Of a DNA stretch of 64,000 nucleotides, positions 61,621 to 64,000 are shown in pieces. This DNA is from Torpedo marmorata (Eukaryota). The stretch's first letter is position 1. Each line of letters opens with the position of its first letter. The notes below the pieces were generated by a model. That model had not been told where the DNA came from. It did no database searches and saw only the letters and a program-made list of their open reading frames with translations. The translations under genes were made by a program, and so were the position numbers. Location: assembly GCA_977017645.1 (NCBI GenBank), contig OZ360230.1, positions 74,710,001 through 74,774,000 of the forward strand, in the 5' to 3' direction.

Positions 61621-64000
61621 GAAGTTGGCAATAGCTTGTAGCTCAACCTCGTGTGCACACACACAAGTATCGTCTGAGCATCATAACTCAATAAAAGCAG
61701 GTTGGAGCAACCTTGAATCTGAGTTGCAGGCAATGTAAAAGTTAGACAATCTCCCATTTGTTCACTCCAGTGGGAAGTTTGTTGGTGAGGTGCAGAATTG
61801 TGGTGAGAAAGATTTGGAAACGTGAGAGATGATGACGCCCATCTACATTGAGAAAGAGGCTTCTGTGAATCCATTGGTTAAGATTTTGTCTTCAGTGTCA
61901 TGACGTAACAGGTGTAAGCTGGAAACTAATTTCTCCAGATAGCTAAATTTGAACAGAAATCCCCTCAGTTTTTCTTGTTTGATGGAGTCATCTGTGACCC
62001 AAACCAGGTGATGGTTGGAAAAGGTTCAGACTCCAACAACGTGCTGATAATCATGACATGCTCTAATTCTCCAGTGCTTTCTAGGGCCTCCAGGACCTTC
62101 GATGGGCCCATTGATCTACATGCTTGGCCATCCATGTGTAACTGATGTGATGAGTCATTTAAAACTTTAATTTATTAAGAATTAATGATTTGCTTTGATC
62201 CTTATTATGTTGGTATTGAGAAGTATGGTAAAGCTCTGGACCATATTGATAGATGGAATGGCCAATATCCTAACTGATTAATTTAGTTTTGTTTTGCAAC
62301 ATGACTGTTCACAAAAGATGTGATATTATTACATACTTTTACTGGTTCCAGGTTAAGCTTCTTGAGGATTATAAAACATAGTCAAGAAGCTTGAACAGTT
62401 ACTTTATTAGCAAAAGAAGATCAAGCATATGAAACATTTGTGATGCAGGAAAAAGACACATGGTCACCCTTGCTTTGAAGTGTTTCTGTCAGGTAGTTTG
62501 GTAATATCCAGATTAAAGTTTGTATGCAATGAAGTTTCAGAAACAAATCAAGTGTTTCTAATGGTGGTTTTTCCTGAATTTCCCAACCAAGTTTCATGGT
62601 TTGATTCTGTGAATAGCCAGAGCATCATAGATATTATCCACCATAAACTGCCAAGTGTTATTTTGACAGTCTGATCCCCTGCCGTTTGCCATTTGACTGT
62701 GTTCTGACATGGCTCCAGATCGTCTCTTTGTTTCTTTCAGTTTAAGGGGTCAGAGGTTAACAGAAAACTTTTTCTCCTTCACCAATGACAATTCTAGAAT
62801 TGGGTAAATATTCAGTTATTCAGTTCTTTTATTTCAGATTTAACAGAGTTAAAACTTGCATATTTGTCCGAGATGCAAATTATTTATCACAGCAAAATAC
62901 TTTTTAACTTTTATTTTCAAATTTGCATGTCTTTTGCATTAGAACTCAACTTACAAAATTTGCACAGGCCCTTTATTTGCTGTGATGATCTGGCACAGTT
63001 CCTGCTAACTTTGACGAAGAAATCAATCTGCTCAGCATTGTTTTTTCCATATCAATCTTTGCCTTTCTTACATACTGAAATCCTGATTATAATTAATACA
63101 TTGAGTAGCTCCTTATTATGTGATTAAATTGTAACAGGGTTTTATTTGCAATTGCTTTTTCTGTATTTTGCTCAAAGCGTTATTGGGTCAAAATGAATGA
63201 ATGTTATAAAAGTCTCACACGCTTTTGCTTTCAAGAGTAGTATCATAAAAAAATTGTAGCCAAATTATCCAAAATATTCCAGCCATTGAACTTGATAGTA
63301 AAATATTATTTGAAAATAAATGGACTCGTGTTGAAAAAGACATCCCGCCTTCAAAAAATGTCTCATTTTGAAGCGTGCCTGGATGGGAAAGTGATTAATG
63401 CAGTCGCTAAGCAAATTAGCATGTCAAAAGCTGAATCAATACCACTACTTTTTGTGCTGGCTGGATGGAGTTGAGAAAGCCTGCAAAGCACCAGGAAGCT
63501 CTTGACAGCTGTGGAAATCAGCAAAAGAGACTGTTGATGGTGATGCAGACATCTAGCAGGGATCTAGCAGGGATGCTAATCCCAAAAAATGACTTGAACA
63601 GATTAGTTAAAAGTTACTTCAATATATCTAATTACTTTAAGGTGAAGAAATTAAGAACAGTGCAAAAATAATTAATGATCTGTATATTGCAACACTCAAC
63701 TTCTTTTCTGTGATTTACTCCATGTATTTTCAGAGGGAAAATAAATAAGACAATTTTCCAACAAAGAACTAGAAGTATTAATGTCTCTAGGCTTTGTGCT
63801 CCTGTTAATGGCAAATATATAATTCATATATTTTCGAATGAGCTTTAACCCAAATGTCCAGGTTTAATGGCCCCAATTTATTCACTATTTTATTTCTGAC
63901 TTATTGAAAATCAATTTTTAATATATCTTTCAAATATAGTTTCTTGAAACTTGAGTTAAATGGCTGTATTTTGTATCATACCAATTTACCATAATATTCA

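Noticed and set aside
1-64000. CRISPR arrays, operons or prokaryotic defence systems
   Set aside because: Eukaryotic intron-containing locus with no repeat-spacer array; every RT and nuclease ORF belongs to a recognisable retroelement clade.

Overview
Vertebrate nuclear DNA, most likely from a cartilaginous fish (shark or ray), judging from its Deu-domain SINE, V-SINEs, and esterase-ORF1 CR1, Penelope and Rex1/Babar repeats. The only host gene is the 5' end of EphA4 on the + strand: coding exons 1-3 at 45916-46006, 47750-47817 and 50883-51546, with a CpG-rich promoter. The ~45 kb upstream is gene desert packed with retroelements. The most structured part is a nested stack at 32322-42875: an internally deleted Gypsy LTR element contains a full-length CR1, which contains (i) a 5'-truncated Penelope fused in frame to the CR1 ORF1 start codon and (ii) an L1 fragment flanked by a ~330-bp duplication and carrying an unexplained CpG-rich, foldable ~95-nt segment in its 3' UTR. 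Also present are minimal hammerhead-like motifs in Penelope tails, a 5S-derived SINE, a second nest (Penelope > L1 > L1) in intron 3, and candidate HOX/TALE enhancers. All calls are from reading the sequence by eye; no searches were run.
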